From Myxococcota bacterium (GTDB taxonomy: Bacteria > Myxococcota_A > UBA796 > UBA2385), in NCBI GenBank assembly GCA_044344255.1, contig JBIJDH010000004.1, forward strand, positions 224,001 through 288,000: a stretch of DNA of 64,000 nt, read 5' to 3'. This document shows positions 31,701 through 39,263 of the stretch, piece after piece (positions within the stretch are counted from its first letter, which is position 1; each line of letters opens with the position of its first letter). A model generated the notes under the pieces. The model made no database searches. It was not told the DNA's origin and saw nothing but the letters and a program-made list of their open reading frames with translations. The position numbers were made by a program, and so were the translations under genes.

Positions 31701-32480
31701 GCGCGCGAGATCTACCAGCGCCTGCGCGAGGGGGAGCAGCGCCGCGGGAACACGCGCCAGGAGGCCGTTCACGTGGACTCCCTGTCCCGTGTCGCCTTCT
31801 ACGCGGGTGATCTCCGGCTCGCGAATTCGCTGGCGGTCGAGTGCGCTGCGCTCGTGCACCAAGTGGCTGATCCGCAGCTCGCCGAGGCGAACCTCCGCAT
31901 GCGCATCGGCCTCCAGGCCGACCTCGAGGACGCCGAGGAGGTCGAGTCGCTCTACGACGCCCTCGTCGAGCTCCGGCGGGCCTCCGGACAGCCAGAGCGC
32001 GATGGCTCGATGATCCTGCTGGAGTCGATGATCGCGCGGGCGAAGGGGGAGTACGAGCGGAGCTTCAACCTGCTGCTGGAGTCGGGCGGCGAAGAGAGCG
32101 ACAACCGTCGTCAGCGCATCATCTTCCTCGGCTTCCTGGCCAAGGCGGCCCTCCTCCGGGGCGACCTGGAGCGCGCCTTGGTGGAGGCCGAGCGCTCGTC
32201 GGCGGGGCATCGCGCCCTCCTCCGCCCTTGTGAGCTGCCGCGGGTGCTGTGGATCCGCGTCCGCTGCCTCCACCTCCTCGGGCGAGCCGGGCAGGAGGAG
32301 GCCCTGTGGGAGGCCGCCGAGGCCACGCTGGCCGTGGAGGGCTACCTCGCCGCCCGAGACCTCCTCGAGGTCTGGTCCCTCGTCCGCCCCGGCGATGGGG
32401 TCACGATGGAGATGTACCCGGAGGGCTGGCGTGGCCGGGTCCGAGAGCTGCTCGAGCAGCGGAGGGCGCCGGGCTCATGA
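28749..32480 (+). CDS. Ser/Thr kinase - globin - STAND (NB-ARC/AfsR-like) NTPase - TPR-like fusion protein
   Basis: Kinase: GRGGMG, ALK, HRDIKPAN, DFG, GTPAYMAPE. Globin (~29610-30000): FYERLF, RPLF, SQRDKL, LGRRH, YGV..HF..VG.ALL, AW. NTPase: FFGRTREL, GMGGSGKT, LIFLDNVE, LDGIPLALEL. Helical repeats follow. The TTG start overlaps the upstream TGA. Confidence 0.9.
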   Translation: MTSWVLPDQFDGLRVVRALGRGGMGAVYLAHDVALDRPTALKLISAEEPTSALRSRFLVEARALARLQHPNVVGVYRFGEVDGRPYLAYEFVEGGSLAGVGQMPWVRALSICAQVARGMAASHERGVVHRDIKPANIMVGVDGSVKLLDFGLAVLGATGDRPAQALTLDGRVVGTPAYMAPERWLGEAPSPAADVWAWAMVFRLLLTGSHPLEGVPVSELPRELTLRDLPPCSSVLPDLPPVLSSLIDRCLSRSPERRPPSGVEVRDALEAVTALLLPAGGGSPTEGRIGLVGASFSRVAQSVELFSRRFYERLFALSPGLRPLFPLDMSSQRDKLVGALQLSVQSLRVPEVLVPLLRDLGRRHAAYGVEARHFEPVGAALLGALQEIEGSAWTPALAQAWQATWADLARPVLAGLAEARGGDTLGMLTEGGGAIARVALPTHLPLSGPSAMATPASDARAPSLPPRGATPSNGPGASRPPLSAPPRASGSSPPPSLPSPLTRFFGRTRELEELVAQVAEGVRLLTILGMGGSGKTRLALELARRLHAASLGRPVVWVALADARDHEGALSLMLRALGVKDAQGEPLDLLIETLHTRPALIFLDNVEDIADELGDSLSGVLEQCPDATCIITSQRPLHIMGELLYRLEPLPLPSADAATLEIEASDAVALLIDRIRLQRPTFRPDPTSLPQLLALARRLDGIPLALELVAVRVGKMQLSSLIERLERDLGLIEDGARNRPGRQRSLTAALRWTAERLDPELRALFSDLAVFPGEFGLEDLREVLGVPVTHEELESLIEHSLVVPVGGSEGRYRMLSTVRAYAAGLSSPERSAALQLALVEMITSMAGKWIDQLGTSEAQRSTARLEASWSTLLAVVDLATPERAAHILGRVPVFVMMTKRFADVLPRIERLFASDILPKLSSDVRVRLCRAGHRLNLVTGHADRTEAWRLQLLHCAALPLSEVIRDGLDAELGLSAMERGSYREAREIYQRLREGEQRRGNTRQEAVHVDSLSRVAFYAGDLRLANSLAVECAALVHQVADPQLAEANLRMRIGLQADLEDAEEVESLYDALVELRRASGQPERDGSMILLESMIARAKGEYERSFNLLLESGGEESDNRRQRIIFLGFLAKAALLRGDLERALVEAERSSAGHRALLRPCELPRVLWIRVRCLHLLGRAGQEEALWEAAEATLAVEGYLAARDLLEVWSLVRPGDGVTMEMYPEGWRGRVRELLEQRRAPGS

Positions 32481-32487
32481 GGCCGTC

Positions 32488-33663
32488 TCAAGCCGAGACG
32501 AGGCGGAGGAGCGTGATCTCTGCGGGTTCGCCCATCCGGTTCGGGGGCCCCCAGTAGCCCGTGCCGCGGTTCGTATAGATCCACATCTCCCCGAGCTTGT
32601 TCAGACCCGCCGCGAAGGGCTGGACGAGGCCGATGAGGAGGGTCCAGGGGAAGTATTGGCCCGCGTGGGTGTGGCCGGAGAGCTGGAGGTGAAAGCCCCC
32701 CTCCACGGTGACGGCTGCCAGCGCGCTCCGCGGCTGGTGGGCCAGCAAGAGCCGCAGCGCGGCCGGCGGCGCTCCGCGGATGGCGGCGGCGGGGTCCGAG
32801 CGGTGCGTGGGCATCATCCGCTCGGCGGAGAGGTCGGTGACCCCGGCGACGACCACGGTCTCGCCGTCGTGCTCGAGCACCACATGCTCGTTGACCAGGG
32901 TGCGCAGCCCGTAGCCGCGGAGGGCCTCGAGCCAGGCCTCGGCGCCCGAGTAGTACTCGTGGTTGCCGGTCACGAAGAAGGTGCCGTGGCGCGAGCGAAG
33001 GTCGCCAATGATCGAGACCTCGGCGCCGAGGGCCTCTACGGTGCCGTCCATGAGATCGCCGGTCACGGCGACGAGATCGACCCCGAGCGCGTTGACCCGC
33101 TCGACGACGGCGCGGAGGTACTCACCGGTGATGGTGGGCCCGATGTGGACGTCGCTGAGCTGGGCGACGCGGAGCCCCACGAGGGATCGGGGGAGGCCGA
33201 CGATCGGCACCTCGATCTCGACGACGGCTGCGAGTCGCCGAGCCTCCCGGTATCCGAGGACGGTGGCCCCCGCGCCGAGGGCGAGGGTGGCGCCGTAGCC
33301 CACCCCGGCGAAGAGCCGCCGACGGGCAGGGTCGAAGCGGTCCGCACCAGCCCCACCCCGGGCCCGCCGCACGACGTCGGGCAGGCGGGCGAGGAGGATC
33401 AGCAGATCGGTGGACGCGACCCCGGCGAAGAGGAGGGTCGAGCAGCCGAAGAGCAGGTAGGCCGGCCAGCTCACGAAGGGCTGCCAGGGCGCGCGGCTCG
33501 CGGCGCGCATCAGCGTGAAGGAGAGGGGCAGGAGCAGGGCCTGAGCGGCGAGGAGGCCCCAGATGAGCGCCTTGAAACGGGGGAAGGCTCCGCCGATCCG
33601 GCGACCGAGGTAGGCGCTGAAGCCGGTGAGGAGGCCGAGGGCGAGGAGGCCGAAGAGGGTCAT
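32488..33663 (-). CDS. Membrane-anchored calcineurin-like metallophosphoesterase (YkuE/YaeI-like)
   Basis: SDVH, TGDLMDG, GNHEYY, LAHQP, SGHTHAGQ, GYWGPPNR; N-terminal TM helices. Start at ATG 33663. Confidence 0.92.
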   Translation of the reverse strand: MTLFGLLALGLLTGFSAYLGRRIGGAFPRFKALIWGLLAAQALLLPLSFTLMRAASRAPWQPFVSWPAYLLFGCSTLLFAGVASTDLLILLARLPDVVRRARGGAGADRFDPARRRLFAGVGYGATLALGAGATVLGYREARRLAAVVEIEVPIVGLPRSLVGLRVAQLSDVHIGPTITGEYLRAVVERVNALGVDLVAVTGDLMDGTVEALGAEVSIIGDLRSRHGTFFVTGNHEYYSGAEAWLEALRGYGLRTLVNEHVVLEHDGETVVVAGVTDLSAERMMPTHRSDPAAAIRGAPPAALRLLLAHQPRSALAAVTVEGGFHLQLSGHTHAGQYFPWTLLIGLVQPFAAGLNKLGEMWIYTNRGTGYWGPPNRMGEPAEITLLRLVSA

Positions 33664-33789
33664 GGGCAGAGCTCCTACCCCGCCTGTCCCCGGCGCCCAG
33701 TCGCCGGCGGCCTCGGCGCCCCGCGGCCCGGGTTCGCGGCGCTCCGCCTCGGCCCCGCGATAGGCGGTCGGGTCCGTGAGGCCCTCGCG

Positions 33790-34824
33790 ATGCTGATCCC
33801 GCTCTCGTTCCTCGGCGCCCTCAGCGTGCTCGGCGCGCGCTCGTTGACCCCGGAGGCGCGGGCCGAGCCGCTCACCACCGCGCTTGTCGGGCAGCACGAC
33901 CAGCCCGGGGACTGCTGGGCCCTCATCGACGGCGTCGTCTACGACCTCAGCCCCTGGGTGGGCGCTCACCCGGGGGGAGAGGCCATCACCCGGGCCTGCG
34001 GCAAGGACGCGACCTGGCTCTTCCACCATCGTGAGGCCGCCGGGGGGCCATCCGGGGGGCAATCAGGTGGCCACTCCGCCGCGGCCGCAGCCCTCCTGCC
34101 CTCCCTCGCCCTCGGCCCTCTCGGCGCAGAGGCTCCCGCGAGCGTCGCCCGCCCCGTGATCCACCCGCACGCCGCTCGGCTCGAGGGGGCGCGGGTGGGC
34201 CTCCTCCCCTCGTCGGGGGTCGGTCCAGCGAAGAGCGTGGCCCTGCGGGTGGGGCACCAGCTCTCCACCGGCGACGCCGCCTCGGGGATCGGGGTGCAGC
34301 TCGGCTACAGCACCGGCTGGATGGACGTCCTCGTCAGTGATCAACGCGCGCCCGGGCTCGGCGCCCTCGAGGTGAAGGTCCGCCCCCTCGCCCAGCACGG
34401 GGCGGTGGAGCGGCCGCTCTCGATCTCCCTCGGCGCCGGCGGGGGCTACGCCTCCGCGGCGGAGGCGCCCGCCCTCTTCGGCGCGCTGGTGCTGGAGCGG
34501 GACGCCCTCGACCGACGTCTGAGCGCCCGACTCGTCGGCGACGGGGGCCTGTCCCCGGGAGAGGCGGAGAGCGCCCAGGCCTCGGCGGGCGTCGGGCTCG
34601 AATTCCGGCCGATCCCCATCCACAGCCTCTTCGGGGAGCTGGTGGTGCCGCTCGGAGCGCCCGAGAGCTTGGCCTGGTCGGCGGGGGCCCGATTGTTCAC
34701 CCGCAGCCACAGCTTCTCGATCTATGTGGCCTCGACGCCGGCCCTGTCTCCCTGGGAGCTCGCCGGCCCCACCGCAGAGACCCTGTCGATCGGCCTCTCG
34801 ATGGAGCGAGCCTTTCGACTCTGA
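33790..34824 (+). CDS. Exported cytochrome b5-like heme domain fused to a probable outer-membrane beta-barrel
   Basis: Signal-like N-terminus; HDQPGDCWALIDGVVYDLSPWVGAHPGG...CGKDAT.LF...GHS b5 signature; beta-strand-rich C-terminus ending AFRL. Confidence 0.75.
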   Translation: MLIPLSFLGALSVLGARSLTPEARAEPLTTALVGQHDQPGDCWALIDGVVYDLSPWVGAHPGGEAITRACGKDATWLFHHREAAGGPSGGQSGGHSAAAAALLPSLALGPLGAEAPASVARPVIHPHAARLEGARVGLLPSSGVGPAKSVALRVGHQLSTGDAASGIGVQLGYSTGWMDVLVSDQRAPGLGALEVKVRPLAQHGAVERPLSISLGAGGGYASAAEAPALFGALVLERDALDRRLSARLVGDGGLSPGEAESAQASAGVGLEFRPIPIHSLFGELVVPLGAPESLAWSAGARLFTRSHSFSIYVASTPALSPWELAGPTAETLSIGLSMERAFRL

Positions 34825-34883
34825 GGTGCCCGCCCGGTTAACGGTCGGGAGGCCCGTCCCCTCGGGTCACCCTGGGAGCCCCC

Positions 34884-36275
34884 GTGAGCCCGAGCCGCCC
34901 TTCCATTCGAATCGTGACCGAGATCCCCGGCCCCCGCAGCCGGGCCATCGTCGCTCGCCGCGACGCCGCGATGCCGTCGGGCGCCGCTCGCCTCACGGGC
35001 ATCTCTGTCCGCTCCGCGCACGGCGCTGAGGTCACCGATGAAGATGGCAATGTCTTCCTTGACTTCGCGGGAGGCATCGGCACCCTCGCGGTGGGCCACA
35101 CCCCCGACGACGTGGTGGCGGCGGTGCAGGCCCAGGCCGCAGACCTGCTGCACATGTGCGCCATCGTCGCCACCTACGAGCCGATGGTCGAGCTCGCCGA
35201 GCGGCTCAACGCGCTCACGCCGGGCGGCTTCGCCAAGCGCTGCCTCTTCATGAATTCGGGCGCGGAGGCCCTCGAGACCTGCGTTCACATCAGCCGCGCC
35301 TACACCAAGCGACAGGGTGTGGTGGTCTTTGACGGGGCCTATCACGGGCGCACCAACCTCACGATGGCGATGACCTCGAAGTTCAACCTCTTCAAGAAGG
35401 GCTTCGGCCCCTTCGCCCCGGAGGTCTATCGGTTCCCTTTCCCAAACCTCTATCGGCGTCCCGCGGAGAGCACCGAGGAGAGCTGGATCGACTGGAACAT
35501 CCGCCTGCTCGACCACGCCTTCATGGCGGTGGTGGATCCGGGCCACGTCGCCGCCGTGGTGATCGAGCCGGTCATCGGCGAGGGGGGCTTCCTCCCGGCG
35601 CCCGCCCGTTGGCTGGTTCGGCTCCGCGCCCTCTGTGACCAGCACGGCATCTTGCTCGTGGCTGACGAGGTGCAGTGCGGGATGGGGCGCACCGGCCGCC
35701 TGTTCGCCATCGAGCACGCGGGCGTCGTGCCCGACCTCGTCGCCACCGCCAAGAGCCTCGGCGCCGGGCTGCCGATCTCGGCGGTCATCGGGCGGGCCGA
35801 GGTGATGGAGGCCCCGCACCCAGGCGGCCTCGGCGGGACGTACTCCGCGAACCCGCTCGCCTGTCGTGCGGCCCTCAAGGCCCTCGACACCCTCACGGAC
35901 CCCGCCTTCCTGGCCCGGGCCACCGCGCTCGGCGCCCGCCTCCGGGCCCGCCTCGAGGCCATCCAAGCCCGCCACCCCCGCCTCGTCGGCGACGTGCGAG
36001 GCCTTGGCCCGATGCTGGCGATGGAGCTCGTCCGCGACCGGGACACCCAGGAGCCCTGGATCGAGGCCACCCAGCAGGTCAACGCCGCCACGCTGCAGCG
36101 CGGCCTCATCACCATCCGGGCCGGCCTCTTCTCGAACTGCGTCCGCCTGCTGCCGCCGCTCACGCTCACCGACGCCCAGGTGGACGAGGCGATGGACGTG
36201 CTCGACGCCTCCGTGGACGAGGTGGCGCAGCGCCTCGGCGTCGCCGGCGCTCAGGCGCGGCCGAACAACGCCTGA
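34884..36275 (+). CDS. gabT: Class III PLP aminotransferase, 4-aminobutyrate aminotransferase-like
   Basis: DFAGGIG, NSGAEA, YHGRT, EPVIGEGG, DEVQCGMGRTG, AKSLGAG, GGTY. Confidence 0.85.
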   Translation: MSPSRPSIRIVTEIPGPRSRAIVARRDAAMPSGAARLTGISVRSAHGAEVTDEDGNVFLDFAGGIGTLAVGHTPDDVVAAVQAQAADLLHMCAIVATYEPMVELAERLNALTPGGFAKRCLFMNSGAEALETCVHISRAYTKRQGVVVFDGAYHGRTNLTMAMTSKFNLFKKGFGPFAPEVYRFPFPNLYRRPAESTEESWIDWNIRLLDHAFMAVVDPGHVAAVVIEPVIGEGGFLPAPARWLVRLRALCDQHGILLVADEVQCGMGRTGRLFAIEHAGVVPDLVATAKSLGAGLPISAVIGRAEVMEAPHPGGLGGTYSANPLACRAALKALDTLTDPAFLARATALGARLRARLEAIQARHPRLVGDVRGLGPMLAMELVRDRDTQEPWIEATQQVNAATLQRGLITIRAGLFSNCVRLLPPLTLTDAQVDEAMDVLDASVDEVAQRLGVAGAQARPNNA

Positions 36276-36850
36276 CGGAGCTCGGCGTCGGGCTCACCGC
36301 GGAGGCTGGTGAGCTCGACGCTGCCGCCGATCGGGCTGCCTCGCATCTCCATGCACATGTGGCGGGCCACGAGGCGCACGCCGACCGCGGTGGGGGCGAG
36401 GGCGGAGGCCGCGATGGTGTCGGCGATGGCGGCGGAGAGCCGCTCTTGGACCTGCGGCCGGCGAGCGTGCGCCTCGAGCACCCGCACGAACCAGCCGAGG
36501 CCGGGTACGCGCCCCTGAGGCCGCATGGCGAGGGTGGCGGTGCCGAAGAAGGGCAGCAGGTGGTGGGCGCAGAGCGAGTGGAAGGGGAGATCGCGGAGCA
36601 CGATGAGATCGCGGCAGGCCGTGGGCAGGAGCTCCGGTGACGGAGGATCCAGTGGGCGAAAGCCTGCTAGGAAGGTGGAGACCAGCTCCGCTGTCCGGCC
36701 GGTCTCGGGGTCATCCCGAAGGGTGAGGGCCTGCAGCGCCGCCTCGATGTGGTATCGCGCGAGGTCCAGATCCTGGCCTGTCGGCGGCGCGCCCCCAGCG
36801 GAGGGGGGCGGTTGCGAAGGCGAGGGGGCGCTGGTGGCAGGCATGGTCAC
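36251..36850 (-). CDS. folE: GTP cyclohydrolase I family protein (divergent)
   Basis: SLCAHHLLPFFG, ARRPQVQERL, ARHMCMEMRG. Start 36850 or 36844. Confidence 0.8.
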   Translation of the reverse strand: MTMPATSAPSPSQPPPSAGGAPPTGQDLDLARYHIEAALQALTLRDDPETGRTAELVSTFLAGFRPLDPPSPELLPTACRDLIVLRDLPFHSLCAHHLLPFFGTATLAMRPQGRVPGLGWFVRVLEAHARRPQVQERLSAAIADTIAASALAPTAVGVRLVARHMCMEMRGSPIGGSVELTSLRGEPDAELRQALFGRA

Positions 36851-36904
36851 CCAGTGGATGCGCCCTCGGTATCGCGCGGGCTACGGGTGCGCTTCGAGGT
36901 GAAC

Positions 36905-37681
36905 ATGCGTCCTTCTCGCGGATACGCGCCGCGCTCCGTCAGCCCCGGTCAGGACGCGCTCCTCGATGACATCCTGGCCGTGGCGCACCGCGCCGGCCCG
37001 ACGGGGGTGGGCGTCTTCGACCTCGATGGTTGCCTCTTCGACACCCGGCCTCGCCAGCTGCACATCCTCCGTGAGCTCGGCAGCCTGGAGGGCATGTCCG
37101 ACCTCTATTGTGTGACCGAGGACCACTTCACCGACTGGCACTTGAGCGCCAGCCTGTCCCGCGCGGGCTTGCCCGCCGACCGGGTGGCGGCCATCCTCCC
37201 TCGTGTCGAGGCCCACTGGCAGCCCCGCTTCTTCTCGGGGGAATATGTTGGTTTTGACGCCGCGATGCCCGGGGCGGCCGCGCTCGTCTGGGCCTGCTAC
37301 CGGGCGGGGATGCAGGTCGTCTACCTGACCGGGCGTCACGAGGAGATGCGGGCCGGCACCGAGGCCGCCCTGAGCCGGATGGGCTTTCCGATGCAGCGGC
37401 CCGGCACCCACCTGATCGTGAAGCCGTCGATGCAGATGGAGGACACCGCCTTCAAGCGGGAGGCCCTGCGGGAGCTGCGCACCCTCGGCCGGCCGGTGCT
37501 CTTCCTCGACAACGAGCCCTCGAACGTCAACGCCTTCCGCGCCGAGGAGCCCGATGCCCTCGTCGTCTTCGTCGAGACCGACCATTCGCCGCGCCCCATC
37601 TACCCGCTGCCGGACATCCCCTGGATCCGCGGCTTCTTACGACAGGGCGCGCCGGGCGCTCGGTCGGACGGGGAGCGGTGA
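36905..37681 (+). CDS. HAD superfamily hydrolase
   Basis: FDLDGCLFD, YLTGR, FK, LDNEPSN motifs. Confidence 0.85.
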   Translation: MRPSRGYAPRSVSPGQDALLDDILAVAHRAGPTGVGVFDLDGCLFDTRPRQLHILRELGSLEGMSDLYCVTEDHFTDWHLSASLSRAGLPADRVAAILPRVEAHWQPRFFSGEYVGFDAAMPGAAALVWACYRAGMQVVYLTGRHEEMRAGTEAALSRMGFPMQRPGTHLIVKPSMQMEDTAFKREALRELRTLGRPVLFLDNEPSNVNAFRAEEPDALVVFVETDHSPRPIYPLPDIPWIRGFLRQGAPGARSDGER

Positions 37682-37739
37682 GGGGGCTTTCGAGGCCGAG
37701 AGAGGGGCGTCCTGGCGGCGGACTGGGTAGGAGGGCCGA

Positions 37740-39260
37740 ATGATCGAAGGCTCCCCAGTCCTCCAGGCGCTCGGCACCGTCCTCGCGGTGTTGGCCATCA
37801 TCGTCGGCTATGAGCTGCTCCGCTTCGCGCTGGTGCGGCGGGTGCGCGCCCGCCTCCACGAGGGCGCGGTGCGCTTCGTGCGGCGGTACCGCGTGCGCCT
37901 CGAGTCGGCCCGCTTCATCGATCGGGTCTGGCTCCGCGAGGCCCTCTTGCAGGACGCCGAGATCGACCGCGCCGTCTCGGAGGCCTCCGCCGAGCGGGGC
38001 GAGCCCGTCCTCGTGCTCCGTGACCGTGTCGAGGCCTATGTGGCCGAGATCACGCCCGCCTTCTCGCTCACCGCCTACTACCGGGTGGGGGCCCTGCTCG
38101 CGCGGCTGTCGGTCGATTTTCTCTATGAGCTGGTCTTTGACCCGCGGAGCTATGAGGCCGCCGTCAGCAAGGTTCCGCCGGGGGCGATCCGTGTCTTTGT
38201 CATCAATCATCGTTCGAACGCAGACTATGTGCTCCTATCTTATGGGCTCTTGCGCCATGTGGCCCTGTCGTACGCGGTGGGCGAATGGGCGCGGGTCTGG
38301 CCGCTCGACCTCCTCTTTCGCTCCTTCGGCAGCTACTTCATCCGCCGCGGCGAGAAGGACCGCCTCTATCACAAGGTGCTCGAGCGGTACGTTCAGCTCC
38401 TCGTCGGGAATGGCGGCGTGACCGGCTTCTTCATCGAGGGTCGCCTGACGCGGGACGGGCTGCTCGGAGAGGCCAAGGCTGGGCTGCTCGACTATATCGT
38501 CGGCGTGCGCCGGAGTGACCCTGCGCGCGAGATCTGGTTCGTCCCCGTCGGCCTGAACCTCGATCACGCGCTCGAAGACCGCAGCCTCGTCCAGGAGCGG
38601 CCCCGCGCTGCGGCCCCGGGGTTCGGCGACAAGGCGCGCTCGCTGCTCCGGGTCGTCTATCGACTGCCGATGGTCGTGGGGGCGAACCTCCTCCGGGTGG
38701 CCACGCGCTCCCACCGGAAGTTCGGCTACGCCGCCGTCGTCGTGGGAGAGCCCGTGTCGCTCGAGGATCTGACGGGGGGCATGGAGGTGGCGAACCTCCC
38801 GGCCGAAGAGCGCTGGTCGCGCGTGAAAGACCTCGCCGCCTCGCTGCTCGTCCGGGTGGGCGAGGTGGTGCCGGTCACGCCGGTGCCGGTCTTCTGCCTC
38901 GCCCTGCTGCGGGCCGAAGAGCTGAGCCACCGCGCCTTGACGGTCCAGGTCCGGTCGCTGCTGCAGGCCTTCCGCGAGGTCGGAGCGCCGATCACCCTCG
39001 GGAAGGCCTTCGAGCGGCGCGGCGCGGCGGGGGCCAACATCCCGGGGCTCGACGATGAGATCGAGCTGCTCGCCGAGGCGGAGCTGGTGGTCACCCTCGC
39101 CGGGATGCCGATGGAGCGCCGGGGGCTCGTGCAGCGGCGAGGCGGCTTCTTCCACGTGACGCCGGGCTCGGAGCCTCTCGTCGCCTGGTATGCCAACTCC
39201 GTCGTGCACCACCTCGGCTGGGGTGACGCCTTGCCGGGTCGCGCCGCTCCGGTAGCCTGA
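37740..39260 (+). CDS. PlsB-like glycerol-3-phosphate/lysophospholipid acyltransferase
   Basis: NHRSNADY (HX4D), YFIRR, FFIEGRLTRDG, FVPVGLN. Confidence 0.85.
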   Translation: MIEGSPVLQALGTVLAVLAIIVGYELLRFALVRRVRARLHEGAVRFVRRYRVRLESARFIDRVWLREALLQDAEIDRAVSEASAERGEPVLVLRDRVEAYVAEITPAFSLTAYYRVGALLARLSVDFLYELVFDPRSYEAAVSKVPPGAIRVFVINHRSNADYVLLSYGLLRHVALSYAVGEWARVWPLDLLFRSFGSYFIRRGEKDRLYHKVLERYVQLLVGNGGVTGFFIEGRLTRDGLLGEAKAGLLDYIVGVRRSDPAREIWFVPVGLNLDHALEDRSLVQERPRAAAPGFGDKARSLLRVVYRLPMVVGANLLRVATRSHRKFGYAAVVVGEPVSLEDLTGGMEVANLPAEERWSRVKDLAASLLVRVGEVVPVTPVPVFCLALLRAEELSHRALTVQVRSLLQAFREVGAPITLGKAFERRGAAGANIPGLDDEIELLAEAELVVTLAGMPMERRGLVQRRGGFFHVTPGSEPLVAWYANSVVHHLGWGDALPGRAAPVA

Positions 39261-39263
39261 GGC

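Noticed and set aside
32230..33789. N-terminal 520 aa of the 864-aa ORF, suggesting a giant b5 fusion
   Set aside because: It overlaps the kinase end and is antisense to the metallophosphoesterase; the credible protein starts at ATG 33790 with a signal-like peptide.
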